Shown piece after piece: positions 28,918-38,824 of a DNA stretch of 64,000 nucleotides (position 1 is the stretch's first letter; every line of letters begins with the position of its first letter). The stretch is from Alphaproteobacteria bacterium (lineage in GTDB: Bacteria; Pseudomonadota; Alphaproteobacteria; RF32; CAG-239). The DNA is taken from assembly GCA_045639065.1 (NCBI GenBank), contig JAZUCK010000010.1, forward strand, positions 3,794 to 67,793, read 5' to 3'. Made by a program: the position numbers and the translations under genes. The notes beneath the pieces were generated by a model. It was given only the letters and a program-made list of their open reading frames with translations, was not told the DNA's origin and did no database searches.

Positions 28918-29892
28918 TTAACCGCCATTTACAACTTGGTTTGCGAATTGTTTTTGCGCAATCAAATTAGATTTACATTGTTTTTGCATATCGCCCGCAA
29001 ATTTTAATAAACTATCCATTCGCTCGATATCTTCTGTTTCCATAAATTGGGTTGTAACACCACCGTTTTTATAAAGATTAATTACCTTTTGTTGAAATGC
29101 ATAGATTTTATCAATTTCTTCAGATGTTTGAGCTTTTCTTAAACGATATTCTACAGCTCCTTTAAGCATTTCATCTGATCTTTTGCTATCTTCTTCATTT
29201 CCAATAACTTTAAATCCTTGCAAATACTCGGAAAACTTAGTTTTAGATGCCTTTATTGTTCGATCAAAGTCTTCAGCAAATCTTTCGCCTTTTCTAAAAT
29301 AGACATCTTGGATGAAAAAATTATCTTCAACATTTTCTCCGATAAGCAAATCAGCCATAATAAGTTGAGAGGAATATGTTGCACCACTATTTGGACCTAT
29401 AAGGTTATGTTTTCTGCTGGCCAAAGCGTCTGTTATAGACTCATTTAAATCTTCATTATACTTTTTGATAATATTTTCTTCACTGTCGTATTCAATATAT
29501 TTCGAGCCCATTTTTATATATTTTCCACCATTTTCCATTCTACCTGTCTCTGAAGAAAAAGCGTGTAATGATTCATGTGTTATCACGTGGGAACTTGCTT
29601 CCGGAAGAACTGCGATACCTGATGTGGTTGTACATAACTTGGAATTAATGTTTTCAAAAAATGCAATAGCGCCTGCATTAAATTTTCTATCCACCAAAAT
29701 TCCATCTTTGAGTGACTTAAACGTTCTACTGCCATCACACAAAAAGATTGTTAAATTGTTATATCTTTCTTCAACGTTTTCTTTGCAATCATCCGGTGCT
29801 ATTTTCATAGCAAACTCTTTTGCTGACTCTATTATTTCGGCAATTCTCGTATCTTTTGATGTTTCTTCATGGTCAGGGTTTCTAAAAATCAT
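28918..29892 (-). CDS. putative zinc metallopeptidase (HExxH) of unknown family
   Basis: SHVITHESLHAF contains HExxH. A possible third ligand lies in NESITDAL about 50 aa downstream. No signal peptide. TTGACG-17-TAGTAT promoter upstream. Confidence 0.55.
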   Translation of the reverse strand: MIFRNPDHEETSKDTRIAEIIESAKEFAMKIAPDDCKENVEERYNNLTIFLCDGSRTFKSLKDGILVDRKFNAGAIAFFENINSKLCTTTSGIAVLPEASSHVITHESLHAFSSETGRMENGGKYIKMGSKYIEYDSEENIIKKYNEDLNESITDALASRKHNLIGPNSGATYSSQLIMADLLIGENVEDNFFIQDVYFRKGERFAEDFDRTIKASKTKFSEYLQGFKVIGNEEDSKRSDEMLKGAVEYRLRKAQTSEEIDKIYAFQQKVINLYKNGGVTTQFMETEDIERMDSLLKFAGDMQKQCKSNLIAQKQFANQVVNGG

Positions 29893-30205
29893 GGCGCAAC
29901 CTCTCTATATGTAATACTAGCATTTTTAACCTCTACCGTCAAGTATATGTCAGAATGCTTTAGCCGAATTATCTTATTTTACATATTTTTTACAAATATT
30001 TATCTGCTTTTCTTACTTTCTAGGCTCAACAAGCGAGCATATTTCTTCATATTCGGCCGGCTGATTTAGCAAAATTTAGCAATATATCTATCATCTTAGC
30101 ACCTTTTTAACTTTGTTTTTGTAATTTCCTATCATAATAGTCTTAATTATTAATAAATGTACTTTGTTTTAATTTAATCTAAAATTCTTATGGAAATGGC
30201 GTAAA

Positions 30206-30652
30206 ATGGAATATTGTGTAAAAAAAGCTTTTATTTCTGATTGGCCCGATTTGATGATGATTTTTGATAAATCATTACGTTCAACTATTGACCTTCCTGA
30301 TGATGATTGGAAAAAGCTTTATGAGCGAGTAATAACATATAATTATCCGAATTTTGATACATATATCTATACACAAGACAGTAAAAGTGTCGGATATATC
30401 AATTATTCAAGGCAAGAAAAGAACATTAAACAGCTTTACGTTTTGCCGGAATACCACAATCAAGGTATCGGGCAAAAGTTGATTAAATATGTCTTAGAAA
30501 GCTATAATGAAACAATGACCATCGGTGTAAGAAAAGATAATGATGTCGCATTACATATCTACACAAAATATGGCTTTGAGATAATTAAGGAAGAAGAATA
30601 TGATGCTTCAGGAATTTACCTTCCGCATTATGTCTTGGAGAGAATAGTTTGA
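30206..30652 (+). CDS. GNAT N-acetyltransferase (148 aa)
   Basis: QLYVLPEYHNQGIGQKLI acetyl-CoA motif A. Confidence 0.8.
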   Translation: MEYCVKKAFISDWPDLMMIFDKSLRSTIDLPDDDWKKLYERVITYNYPNFDTYIYTQDSKSVGYINYSRQEKNIKQLYVLPEYHNQGIGQKLIKYVLESYNETMTIGVRKDNDVALHIYTKYGFEIIKEEEYDASGIYLPHYVLERIV

Positions 30653-30736
30653 TTTTGTAAAATGTTTTAACATAAAAAAAGAGTGTGATTAGTTATATTT
30701 AAGAAAATTACACACTAGTTAATGAGTAAAACAAAC

Positions 30737-30765
30737 TAGACAAAATCTTCAAAACATGATACTCT
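30737..30765 (+). promoter_or_regulatory. promoter module copy P4 (TAGACA-17-TACTCT, extended -10 TG)
   Basis: tagacaaaatcttcaaaacatgatactct matches about 22 of 29 nt of the module at 44350-44378. Confidence 0.55.
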
Positions 30766-30828
30766 AAATTATATTTTAAGGAATTTGAATTATACTTATC
30801 TTGTATATTATAAGAGGAGTAATGTAAA

Positions 30829-31446
30829 ATGAAACCGAAGGAATATTTAGAAAAAGTCAAAACAAAACTTAAAGATAAAGCGTCTAAAGCGGTTGTCGGA
30901 ACCGCTATCGCGGCCAGTGTTCTTTTTGGCGGTAAGCGCCTCTTTTCTGATGGTGGTGCTAATAAAATTCCGTTTAATGAACAAAAAGATTTTGCGGCAG
31001 CCGTTGTTAAAGGAGATGAAGTCAATAAATTTAAAATTCCGGCCAGTACTTTTAAGCTAGATTCAGTATCTGCAGTTGAAGAAATTAGTGATCTTATGGC
31101 TCCAGGTTTCGTTGATAGAAAAGATAAATCGGAAGTTGCCGCTACAATATACAGTAACATTAAAGCCATCGAAAATGCTGCAAATGACGAGGGAAAACCA
31201 TCAATCGAAGGCAGGATGGTATCAGGAACATCGCTTGACGGACGACATCAACATGGTTACCTTAAACCAAGTTATGGCAAGGTCACACCTGATGTAAATA
31301 CAATAGTCTCCGGAGAAAATAATACATATGATGTTTCTACAGAAACACCATATGGTTACACAGGTCCAATGGGAGAATTTTTGCGAGCGGATAGAATTTC
31401 TGTTTTTTTTGCTAATAATAATCGTCAAGTATTCCCTGAAAGATAA
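30829..31446 (+). CDS. membrane-anchored hypothetical protein (205 aa)
   Basis: AGGAG SD. One TM (AVVGTAIAASVLFGG) after a Lys-rich N-terminus. Confidence 0.6.
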   Translation: MKPKEYLEKVKTKLKDKASKAVVGTAIAASVLFGGKRLFSDGGANKIPFNEQKDFAAAVVKGDEVNKFKIPASTFKLDSVSAVEEISDLMAPGFVDRKDKSEVAATIYSNIKAIENAANDEGKPSIEGRMVSGTSLDGRHQHGYLKPSYGKVTPDVNTIVSGENNTYDVSTETPYGYTGPMGEFLRADRISVFFANNNRQVFPER

Positions 31447-31465
31447 GCATTTAATTATAAGGTTT

Positions 31466-31509
31466 CCAAAAAAAAGAGTGTGAGATTAAACTCACACTCT
31501 TTTTTTTTT
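31466..31509. repeat. hairpin repeat copy 1 (ccaaaaaaaagagtgtgagattaaactcacactc + T-run), also a bidirectional terminator
   Basis: Nearly identical to 33229-33265. Confidence 0.8.
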
Positions 31510-33028
31510 AGTTGTCTTGCTTGATTTTTGCATTTGCAGCCAAAAAACTATAATGAGATGTAATCAATATATCATATTCGATTTGTGTTAAACATTTTTT
31601 GTGTCTAATGTATTCTCGAATATGCTCTGCAGTTGCAACTTTGATGTACATTTCAAAAGCTTGCGGAGATATATCAAAGTTAAGCAGATACGTTTTAGCA
31701 ATAATTGCAAGCTGACAAGCATCCTGATAATTTGTAGCGAGACAATCTGCATTGGCTATTCTTGCAATAGCTACCTCGACTTCGTCACTTCGTTTACATG
31801 AACAAAGCGCTTTTACATCGTTAATAGTTCCACGTTCAACAGTGGCGATTTGAGCGTTTATTTCCAGTTGTTCCAAAGCATATTTCCTTAAATCAGCAGG
31901 CAACTGATTAAGCTTTTGGATATCAAGGCGATTCTGTTTTGCCATAACCCTTAATGCAGATTTTTGCAAATTTTCCGGCCAGTCAGTGAATGGAAAATAC
32001 TTGTCTATAAATACATAAGTATTCCATCGGTATATGACCTTGAGCTTATGAACAGGTTCAACTTTTTCGACAAATTCCGGACAATTTGCTTTAGAATAAC
32101 CACACATCCTCTCGCAAATTTGTGCAAATATTGCCGAATTGACTTTTTTGATATCTCCAAGCGCATTGAACACCGCATCAAATACTTCGACTCTTTTGTT
32201 TACGTAATTGTATGCAATTTTAAGCCAAGCCAATGCATCAGCCTTGCTGTCTAAACGTCCTGTGGTTTTGATATCATTGATGTCTTTAATATCAATACCT
32301 TGCGGAAGATTCTTAGGCTCGAATGCTTTGCTAATAATAATTTCCTTATTTTGTATGTTATCGATGTTCTCACGAATCCAAACATACGAATTAGGAAAAA
32401 GTTCTCTTAGGCAAGGAATGTAGTCATTAATCCCGCTCTTATAGTCATGGCTAGCAGCAAATTTCCACAACGTAGCTACCAGGTTGTCGTAAGGCTTTTT
32501 GTTTAAGATAATATGACGTAAATATTTGTACATCAAATATGTATCTTTTTCTTTTATTGCCTTCTCGATTATGACTTCAACAAGCTCATTGATGTCTATT
32601 ATCCTTTCGCAAGATACATTCTTGAATGCTTCCGGAACCTCGCAGAAAAGTTTTTGGATATACTCATTTGTGTAATTCAGAGAATCCAAAACTTTATTAG
32701 ATGGAGTGTGTTCTTTCAGCACTTTTACCATAATTGGTCGAGGTGCTTCAGAATTAAACAAACTGAACAATTCTGCGTCACTCTCAATCTCAAACGCCAA
32801 TTCAAACATTTTGTTTTCAATCATCCATTTGCGAAAATTTTCGCTCCAGACGTGACCTTTAAGAATAAAGGCTCGTTCATTACTGTGCTCAATCTCTCTC
32901 TTGAACAACCCGATTTCTTTTGACACATCGGTCGGTATAAACCATTTACACCGTTTGTTTGTTTTTTTTGTAAAGTGAAACCACAAACTGTCTGTTGATC
33001 TCACGATTTTGGAAAAAAGTTTTAACAT
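31508..33028 (-). CDS. hypothetical protein (506 aa), helical, no recognisable domain
   Basis: Long ORF. TTGACA-17-TATAAA promoter about 170 nt upstream of the ATG. Confidence 0.6.
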   Translation of the reverse strand: MLKLFSKIVRSTDSLWFHFTKKTNKRCKWFIPTDVSKEIGLFKREIEHSNERAFILKGHVWSENFRKWMIENKMFELAFEIESDAELFSLFNSEAPRPIMVKVLKEHTPSNKVLDSLNYTNEYIQKLFCEVPEAFKNVSCERIIDINELVEVIIEKAIKEKDTYLMYKYLRHIILNKKPYDNLVATLWKFAASHDYKSGINDYIPCLRELFPNSYVWIRENIDNIQNKEIIISKAFEPKNLPQGIDIKDINDIKTTGRLDSKADALAWLKIAYNYVNKRVEVFDAVFNALGDIKKVNSAIFAQICERMCGYSKANCPEFVEKVEPVHKLKVIYRWNTYVFIDKYFPFTDWPENLQKSALRVMAKQNRLDIQKLNQLPADLRKYALEQLEINAQIATVERGTINDVKALCSCKRSDEVEVAIARIANADCLATNYQDACQLAIIAKTYLLNFDISPQAFEMYIKVATAEHIREYIRHKKCLTQIEYDILITSHYSFLAANAKIKQDN

Positions 33029-33228
33029 AAAATTAGTAGATTTTAAAATTTTCCTATAAGACTATCCCATAGGAAGCCAACCAATAAACCCTCTTTTAAA
33101 AACCCGAAACTTCTCCCTTATAAAAGCAAACGGCTTTAAGAAAGACAACTTCAAATCTAATAGAAAATTCATAATATGGTTAACAACAAGGTTTATATCA
33201 TATTCACATAATTCTGTCAATCATTTGT

Positions 33229-33265
33229 CCAAAAAAAAGTGTGAGATTAAACTCACACTTTTTTC
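33229..33265. repeat. hairpin repeat copy 2 (ccaaaaaaaagtgtgagattaaactcacac + T-run)
   Basis: Same loop and stem as 31466-31509. Confidence 0.8.
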
Positions 33266-33283
33266 TTCTTCATCGCAGAACTT

Positions 33284-33766
33284 CTAATGTTCTATGATGA
33301 TTTTTACTGCTTGGTACATACAATCAGGGGTTAAAATACATTCTCCTGTTTCCATACACAAACCGTAATGTCGGTACGGTTCTTTGATGAAGCTTGTAAT
33401 GTCCTCTTTACGATACTCTTGGCACCAGTACGTTTTTTGAGTACCCTTAATAGTATCGACCTCGTGAAACGGATAACTTTCACCCATCTTTTCCTTAAGG
33501 ATACGAATAGTCTCCTTAATTTTCGAATAAGATGACCTTAAAAGAAAACGGTCACAAACACTTAAGAGCTTACCATTCACTTTCTTAGCAAGAGCGTCTG
33601 CTTTTTCAAAATTTTCAAAGATTTCGTTTATCATCAACTCTTTATGAGGCGTGATCATAAGGCCTCTGACTCGGTTAAGAGGAATGTCAGGTAAAATAAC
33701 ATCCGACATTTTGATTTCGCCGTTGCGCAAAGCATACACGACTGACATAGGCAATTTTTCTTCCAT
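33284..33766 (-). CDS. hypothetical protein (160 aa)
   Basis: ORF with a TTGCAA-17-TACTTT extended -10 promoter upstream. Confidence 0.5.
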   Translation of the reverse strand: MEEKLPMSVVYALRNGEIKMSDVILPDIPLNRVRGLMITPHKELMINEIFENFEKADALAKKVNGKLLSVCDRFLLRSSYSKIKETIRILKEKMGESYPFHEVDTIKGTQKTYWCQEYRKEDITSFIKEPYRHYGLCMETGECILTPDCMYQAVKIIIEH

Positions 33767-33908
33767 ATCTTTATATTTTATTGTTATACTTTAGTATGTA
33801 TCCATAAGAAAACCGCTTGCAACACAGTAATTAGGACACAATAATTTTATTATTTGGATTAAAGTATCACAATTTCATATATCTTGCAAGCACAAAATTA
33901 GACAAAAA

Positions 33909-34451
33909 TCAATCAGCAATTTTCTTTACAATATTATCTAAAACATCTTTTCTGTTGAATGAGGTATCATAAAAATTTAAGCCCAGTTCTTTGCATTCGA
34001 TTTCAAAATTTTTGGAATATTCAACATGACGAGTTAAGGTACTCAAAAGTTGCTCATCGGTAATAGCGCGAGTATAATCAAATTTACCCTCGTATTTTCT
34101 AACATTTGCCAAGACTTGTTCGCCGGTTAATTGCGGGTAGCCTAAGACAACAATTTCGCATTTGTCGCCAAAAAGTTTTACGGCATCATCAAGTTTTATA
34201 TGATATCCCTCGATAACAAAATTTAAATTCGGGTAATGATATATAAGATTATTCACATACGAAGCCACAAAAGGTGCAATCAAATGATTGCTTTTGGAAT
34301 GATAATCAAACCCTAAATTAGGATAATTTTCTTTAAATGCACCTATAAGCGCATCAATATCAACTATCGAAAAACCGTGCTTTTGGGCAATCATATTTGC
34401 CAAAGTAGATTTTCCACTACGTGATGCTCCGAGAATAAGAATATTTTTCAT
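33909..34451 (-). CDS. small P-loop kinase-like protein (180 aa)
   Basis: Walker A ILILGASRSGKST at the N-terminus. The size is typical of CPT/adenylate-kinase-like NTP kinases. Confidence 0.65.
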   Translation of the reverse strand: MKNILILGASRSGKSTLANMIAQKHGFSIVDIDALIGAFKENYPNLGFDYHSKSNHLIAPFVASYVNNLIYHYPNLNFVIEGYHIKLDDAVKLFGDKCEIVVLGYPQLTGEQVLANVRKYEGKFDYTRAITDEQLLSTLTRHVEYSKNFEIECKELGLNFYDTSFNRKDVLDNIVKKIAD

Positions 34452-34547
34452 CAGACAAGGCTCCTTTGTATTACCTAATTATAAATTACTTGCTTTTGTT
34501 TGTAAATAATGATATAATTTTATTATAAAAAGTGAAAGGATATATAT

Positions 34548-35339
34548 ATGGTTTCTTTAGCTTATCCTAACGAAAATCATTATGAGGCATATTTAGAGGC
34601 CTGTAAATCCGTTGTCGATTATGTTAATAGCGACCGAGGTAATGATATTGCCCGCAGAGAAACCGCAAATTTTGAATTTGCACATCACTCTAACATTTCA
34701 AAGGAAGATTTTTTAAAACTTGTAGACACCTATAGACAATCCCGCGAGGTAGATTTTCAAAAAAATCCTTCAGAAGCAAACCCTCAAATTTATTTTTTTA
34801 TTATGGATAACGACAAAATAATCGGAATGATTGACGCACAAGCAAAACTTCTTAAAGATGCAGATATTAAAGAAGGAGTTAAGCCTGTTGAACGTTGGTC
34901 CGGAAAGTATCCGTGCAAGGCTGATTTTGGTGAAATGATATTACCTGAATACCGCGGAAAAGGGCTTAATAAAGAAATAAAAAAACAATTTTTTGATGCT
35001 TTACAAAATGATTATGGAATAACTCAAGTTACGGCTACTGTTTTACAAGATAATGATAATTCTAATCGAGCTCAAAACAAGCTTATTGAGCGATATGGAG
35101 GAAAATCTTATAAGAAGGAGATGCTAACACCCACCGGAAAAATAGTATGTAACTCATACCTTATTAGCACAGACACCAGCGGAAATAGTAAGCATTTATA
35201 TCAAAGCAATAACGAATTAAGCATTGAACATCTAAACAAACTTCGTGGCATAGGTCCCCAAGTAGCGCACCCCATCCAAAAAAGAAGTTTGGATATGACC
35301 CTTGTTCATCATCAACAACAACAAAACATCAATAAATAA
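34548..35339 (+). CDS. GNAT-like acetyltransferase with extended N-terminus and Gln-rich tail (263 aa)
   Basis: ILPEYRGKGLNKEIKKQFF motif A. C-terminal HHQQQQNINK. Confidence 0.6.
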   Translation: MVSLAYPNENHYEAYLEACKSVVDYVNSDRGNDIARRETANFEFAHHSNISKEDFLKLVDTYRQSREVDFQKNPSEANPQIYFFIMDNDKIIGMIDAQAKLLKDADIKEGVKPVERWSGKYPCKADFGEMILPEYRGKGLNKEIKKQFFDALQNDYGITQVTATVLQDNDNSNRAQNKLIERYGGKSYKKEMLTPTGKIVCNSYLISTDTSGNSKHLYQSNNELSIEHLNKLRGIGPQVAHPIQKRSLDMTLVHHQQQQNINK

Positions 35340-35471
35340 TTTTTGTACAAAAACAGAGTGGGAGTAAGGACTCCTCGCTATTTTTATTTAACTCATCTTA
35401 TTGAGTCAAAATTTTTAGGTCATCAAGCATAACTCGTATTCCCCCTCAAACTGTTTTAATTATCATCTATC

Positions 35472-35731
35472 CTTAAATGAATTTTTACCTTTATAGCCAT
35501 ATTTGTGTTTGAGGAGCAACTTATGCAGACATACCTTATCATCGGCAATTTGCATCGCCGTTTCGGCCGTTAAGCAGCAAAAAAGATTTTATGTATTGGC
35601 AAGTCGGTAACACCGTTTTCGGTATTTTTTGCAACCTTGTTTTATTTGCATATGCTGCTTTGGTCATAAGTCTTGTGTCGCTTATTCGTAATTTGCTTTC
35701 TTGCAAAAATAAATTAACAAAAACCCTCACC
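35472..35731 (+). pseudogene. truncated, frameshifted duplicate of the promoter and 5' third of the 38825-39331 gene
   Basis: Aligns with 38762-39068. A deletion between the two atcggcaat direct repeats gives MQTYLIIGNLHRRFGR-stop. Confidence 0.75.
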
Positions 35732-35858
35732 TTTTTTTGATAAGATTGCTTAACGACTGTAGTTTTATTGTTTTTTTTTATATTTTAATCAATTTGAAAT
35801 TATTTTTTGTTATTAGTAATGTTATAAGATTATAACAACTGAATCTATGGGGATATAA

Positions 35859-38036
35859 ATGTTTGCTGTTTTTAATCTATGTATTTTTACCAGTGCATTC
35901 TTACTATTTTTAATTCAACCGATGGTCGCAAACATTTTGTTACCGAAAGTTGGCGGTTCGCCTAATATTTGGAATACTTGCTCCGTATTTTTTCAACTTT
36001 CACTATTGTTGGGTTATCTATACTCTTACCTTGTATCCAAAAAACTTTCACTAAAAAAACAAATCTCATTACATTGTTTTTTGTTATTTTGCGCCTTATG
36101 GGCCGTAAATTTTCATTTTAAGGCGGGGGCGGTTGATATGAGCACTCCGATTATGGATACATTGTGGCTTTTGTTTAGAAACATCTTTTTTCCGTTTATG
36201 TTGCTTTCAACAACATCTCCTCTTATTCAACATTGGTTAGCGACATCAAATTTGAAAGAAAACAAGAATCCCTATATTTTGTACGTATGCAGTAATATTG
36301 GCAGTTTGCTCGCTTTATATACCTATCCTTTAGTTTTTGAAAAGCAATTGGCTGTTTCGTTGCAGGGTTTTGTTTGGCATATTGTATTTATCGGCTTTTT
36401 CTTATGTGTTTTGGCAATTGGCTTATATTTGAGTAAATCACAAGTTTCCTTAAAAGCGGAAGCCGAAACAAAAACCAAATCAAAAGTAAATCCTATCAGT
36501 ATTTTTTATTGGATATTTTTTGCTTTTGTGCCATCAAGCCTGATGTTGGGTGTTACCAACCATTTATCAACCGATATCGGTGGATTGCCATTTTTATGGA
36601 TATTACCTTTGTCGCTATATCTATTATCTTTTATTTGGACATTTTCTCGGTTTTATACAAACGAAGTTTCTGTTCAAATTAAACGACTTTATAAAATATC
36701 GGCATTAATTGCTGTATTCTTATTTTATAATTTGACACTCAGCTCAAAGTTAGTTGATAACATTACCTTTATCGGAATACATTGCTTTATTTATTTTATA
36801 TTTGCAACTTTTTGTCATGGTATTCTGTCACAAAAGAAACCGACACCCGAAAATTTGACTCTGTTTTATTTATGCTTAGCTATAGGAGGTGCTTTAGGCG
36901 GAGCTTTTAATACCTTTGTTGCTCCATATTTATTTACTTCTATTGAAGAATATCCGTTTATTATAGTATTATCTTTACCATTTGTATTAAGTAATTTGAC
37001 AGATACAAAAACCGAATTGGTAAAAATAGCACGTAATGTTACTATCTTGGCTATAATTATTACAGTTTTTGCATCATTAAATATAAAACTAAGCGAAAAT
37101 ATTGCACATATTCTGTTTTATACAAGCATCTTAGTATTATTAATGTTTGTGTTCAGCTCGAAAAAAAGTTTTATCTTTTTATGTGTATTCAGTTGTATTT
37201 TTACATCGTTGTTTTTCAACGGAAACTCCAATATTATATTTAAAAAACGCAACTTTTTCGGTACGATTTCGATAAAACAAGACACCTTCTTTGAACATGT
37301 CGGCTTATCGCTTTATCATGGTAATACTCTTCATGGACGACAAAAACTAATTAATCAACAAAATGAGCAAACTTACTTGTATGATCCACATACCTATTAT
37401 GGTAAAAGAGCTGCTGTTGAAGACTTTTTTAAGATATATGACAAAAAAAATGCTTCGATTGCATGGCTGGGTCTCGGTTCGGGGGCAATAATCTGCTATG
37501 CCGACACCAAATCGTCTCATCATATTTTTGAAATCAATCAAGATATTGTAGACATATCTAAAAAATATCGCTATTTCAGATATCTGGAAAAATGTGCACC
37601 CGAGGCAAAAATAACTATCGGTGATGCACGTATTGAAATGCAGAAAGAAGAAAATAATAAATACGACTTGATTGTGGTTGATGTTTTCAGTTCGCATTTT
37701 ATTCCGGTTCATCTGACAACAAAAGAAGCCATTGAAGTTTATCGTTCAAAACTGAAAAAAGACGGACTTATACTTTTTCATATCAGTTCCAGAGCTTTTG
37801 ATATAGAGCCGATTTTAACTAAGATTGCCTCTCATTCAAACATGACGTTTATCGTACGTGATAGAAAAGACCTGAGATATCGTTATCCGCAATGGGGGGT
37901 TTTGAGTAATGATAAAAAACATCCTGACATTATCAAACTACTCTCACTGGAAGGTTGGCGTGAAGGCAAAACAGATAATGAAACATCTTTATGGACTGAC
38001 GACTTTCATAATTTATTGTCAGCATTACGACATTAA
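35859..38036 (+). CDS. fused polytopic membrane domain / spermidine-synthase-like methyltransferase-fold protein
   Basis: About 12 TM helices, then WLGLGSGA...DLIVVDVFSS...LTTKEA (class I SAM/spermidine synthase-like). Confidence 0.75.
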   Translation: MFAVFNLCIFTSAFLLFLIQPMVANILLPKVGGSPNIWNTCSVFFQLSLLLGYLYSYLVSKKLSLKKQISLHCFLLFCALWAVNFHFKAGAVDMSTPIMDTLWLLFRNIFFPFMLLSTTSPLIQHWLATSNLKENKNPYILYVCSNIGSLLALYTYPLVFEKQLAVSLQGFVWHIVFIGFFLCVLAIGLYLSKSQVSLKAEAETKTKSKVNPISIFYWIFFAFVPSSLMLGVTNHLSTDIGGLPFLWILPLSLYLLSFIWTFSRFYTNEVSVQIKRLYKISALIAVFLFYNLTLSSKLVDNITFIGIHCFIYFIFATFCHGILSQKKPTPENLTLFYLCLAIGGALGGAFNTFVAPYLFTSIEEYPFIIVLSLPFVLSNLTDTKTELVKIARNVTILAIIITVFASLNIKLSENIAHILFYTSILVLLMFVFSSKKSFIFLCVFSCIFTSLFFNGNSNIIFKKRNFFGTISIKQDTFFEHVGLSLYHGNTLHGRQKLINQQNEQTYLYDPHTYYGKRAAVEDFFKIYDKKNASIAWLGLGSGAIICYADTKSSHHIFEINQDIVDISKKYRYFRYLEKCAPEAKITIGDARIEMQKEENNKYDLIVVDVFSSHFIPVHLTTKEAIEVYRSKLKKDGLILFHISSRAFDIEPILTKIASHSNMTFIVRDRKDLRYRYPQWGVLSNDKKHPDIIKLLSLEGWREGKTDNETSLWTDDFHNLLSALRH

Positions 38037-38153
38037 TGGTCTGTATAATTATTTTTTGAGTGTATTTTAACTTAAAAGGTAACAGAGTACAAAAAAAGAG
38101 TGGGAAGCTTAAAATGCTTCTCACTCTTTTATCATTTTTTCTTGTTCTAAAAC

Positions 38154-38525
38154 CTAGCGTGTCAGAACTTTGAGATCATCCATCATGCAACGGATGTGCT
38201 GGCAAGTTCCACTTGTTACGGTGGAGCAGATCCCGTTTTTGCCTAGCTCAGCATAATATTTGAATGATGCTGAATTAATTAGCTTTTCTAACCGGTCTTT
38301 TACCATGATAATGTATATTTTATCACGATAGTGCCCATCAAGAACGCTTTGTAACGCAACAATTAAGGTGTCCGCTGTTTGACACAATGTTGTCAAAATT
38401 TCCTTTGCCGCACTGTCTAAGAAATCATATCCTTCACGGATATCGTTGCTCCAACCGGAACGATATACCTTTAGGTTAATGATTTCTTGTTTGATGTCGT
38501 TTGCACAAATTTCCAATTTTGCCAT
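38154..38525 (-). CDS. hypothetical protein (123 aa)
   Basis: ORF starting MAKLE. Structured 5' leader. Confidence 0.45.
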   Translation of the reverse strand: MAKLEICANDIKQEIINLKVYRSGWSNDIREGYDFLDSAAKEILTTLCQTADTLIVALQSVLDGHYRDKIYIIMVKDRLEKLINSASFKYYAELGKNGICSTVTSGTCQHIRCMMDDLKVLTR

Positions 38526-38824
38526 AATACTTCTGGGTTTGTTTATAGAGGGTGTGTCCTTTTACACGTCCCGTTCCCTCTTTTATTAATGAATAAACTT
38601 ACTTGTATTAAAGTAATCACGGAATTTTAGACGCATAAAAATATCCTCTTATGAGCAACCCATAAAATGACAAAAAATACATATAATATCCATAATACTT
38701 ACAATACCCTTTTAGTATATCATATTTTTAAGCTTGATTCAACTGTTTTTGTGAAACGAAACTTAAATGAATTTTTACCATTAAGGTGTTATGTTTCATA
38801 GTATATTTATGTTTAGGAGCACTT

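Noticed and set aside
29465-29914. 149-aa ORF antisense to the HExxH gene. Similar antisense ORFs occur at 30708-31169, 12022-12420, 60107-60559, 37347-37712, 44954-45283 and 42598-43002.
   Set aside because: All lie fully inside longer ORFs on the opposite strand that have recognisable motifs or proper SD and promoter signals. They have low-complexity composition typical of shadow frames in AT-rich DNA.
35539-35730. 63-aa ORF on the minus strand. The analogous ORF is at 38728-38961.
   Set aside because: Both are antisense to the YgjV-like gene and its pseudogene copy. They appear in both repeat copies simply because the DNA is duplicated.
31466-38135. Recurrent hairpins opening with AAAAAAGAGTG(T/G)GA, considered as a CRISPR-like or REP array.
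   Set aside because: They are single hairpins placed after individual genes at irregular kb-scale spacing, each followed by a T-run. They behave as terminators. No repeat-spacer periodicity exists anywhere in the window.
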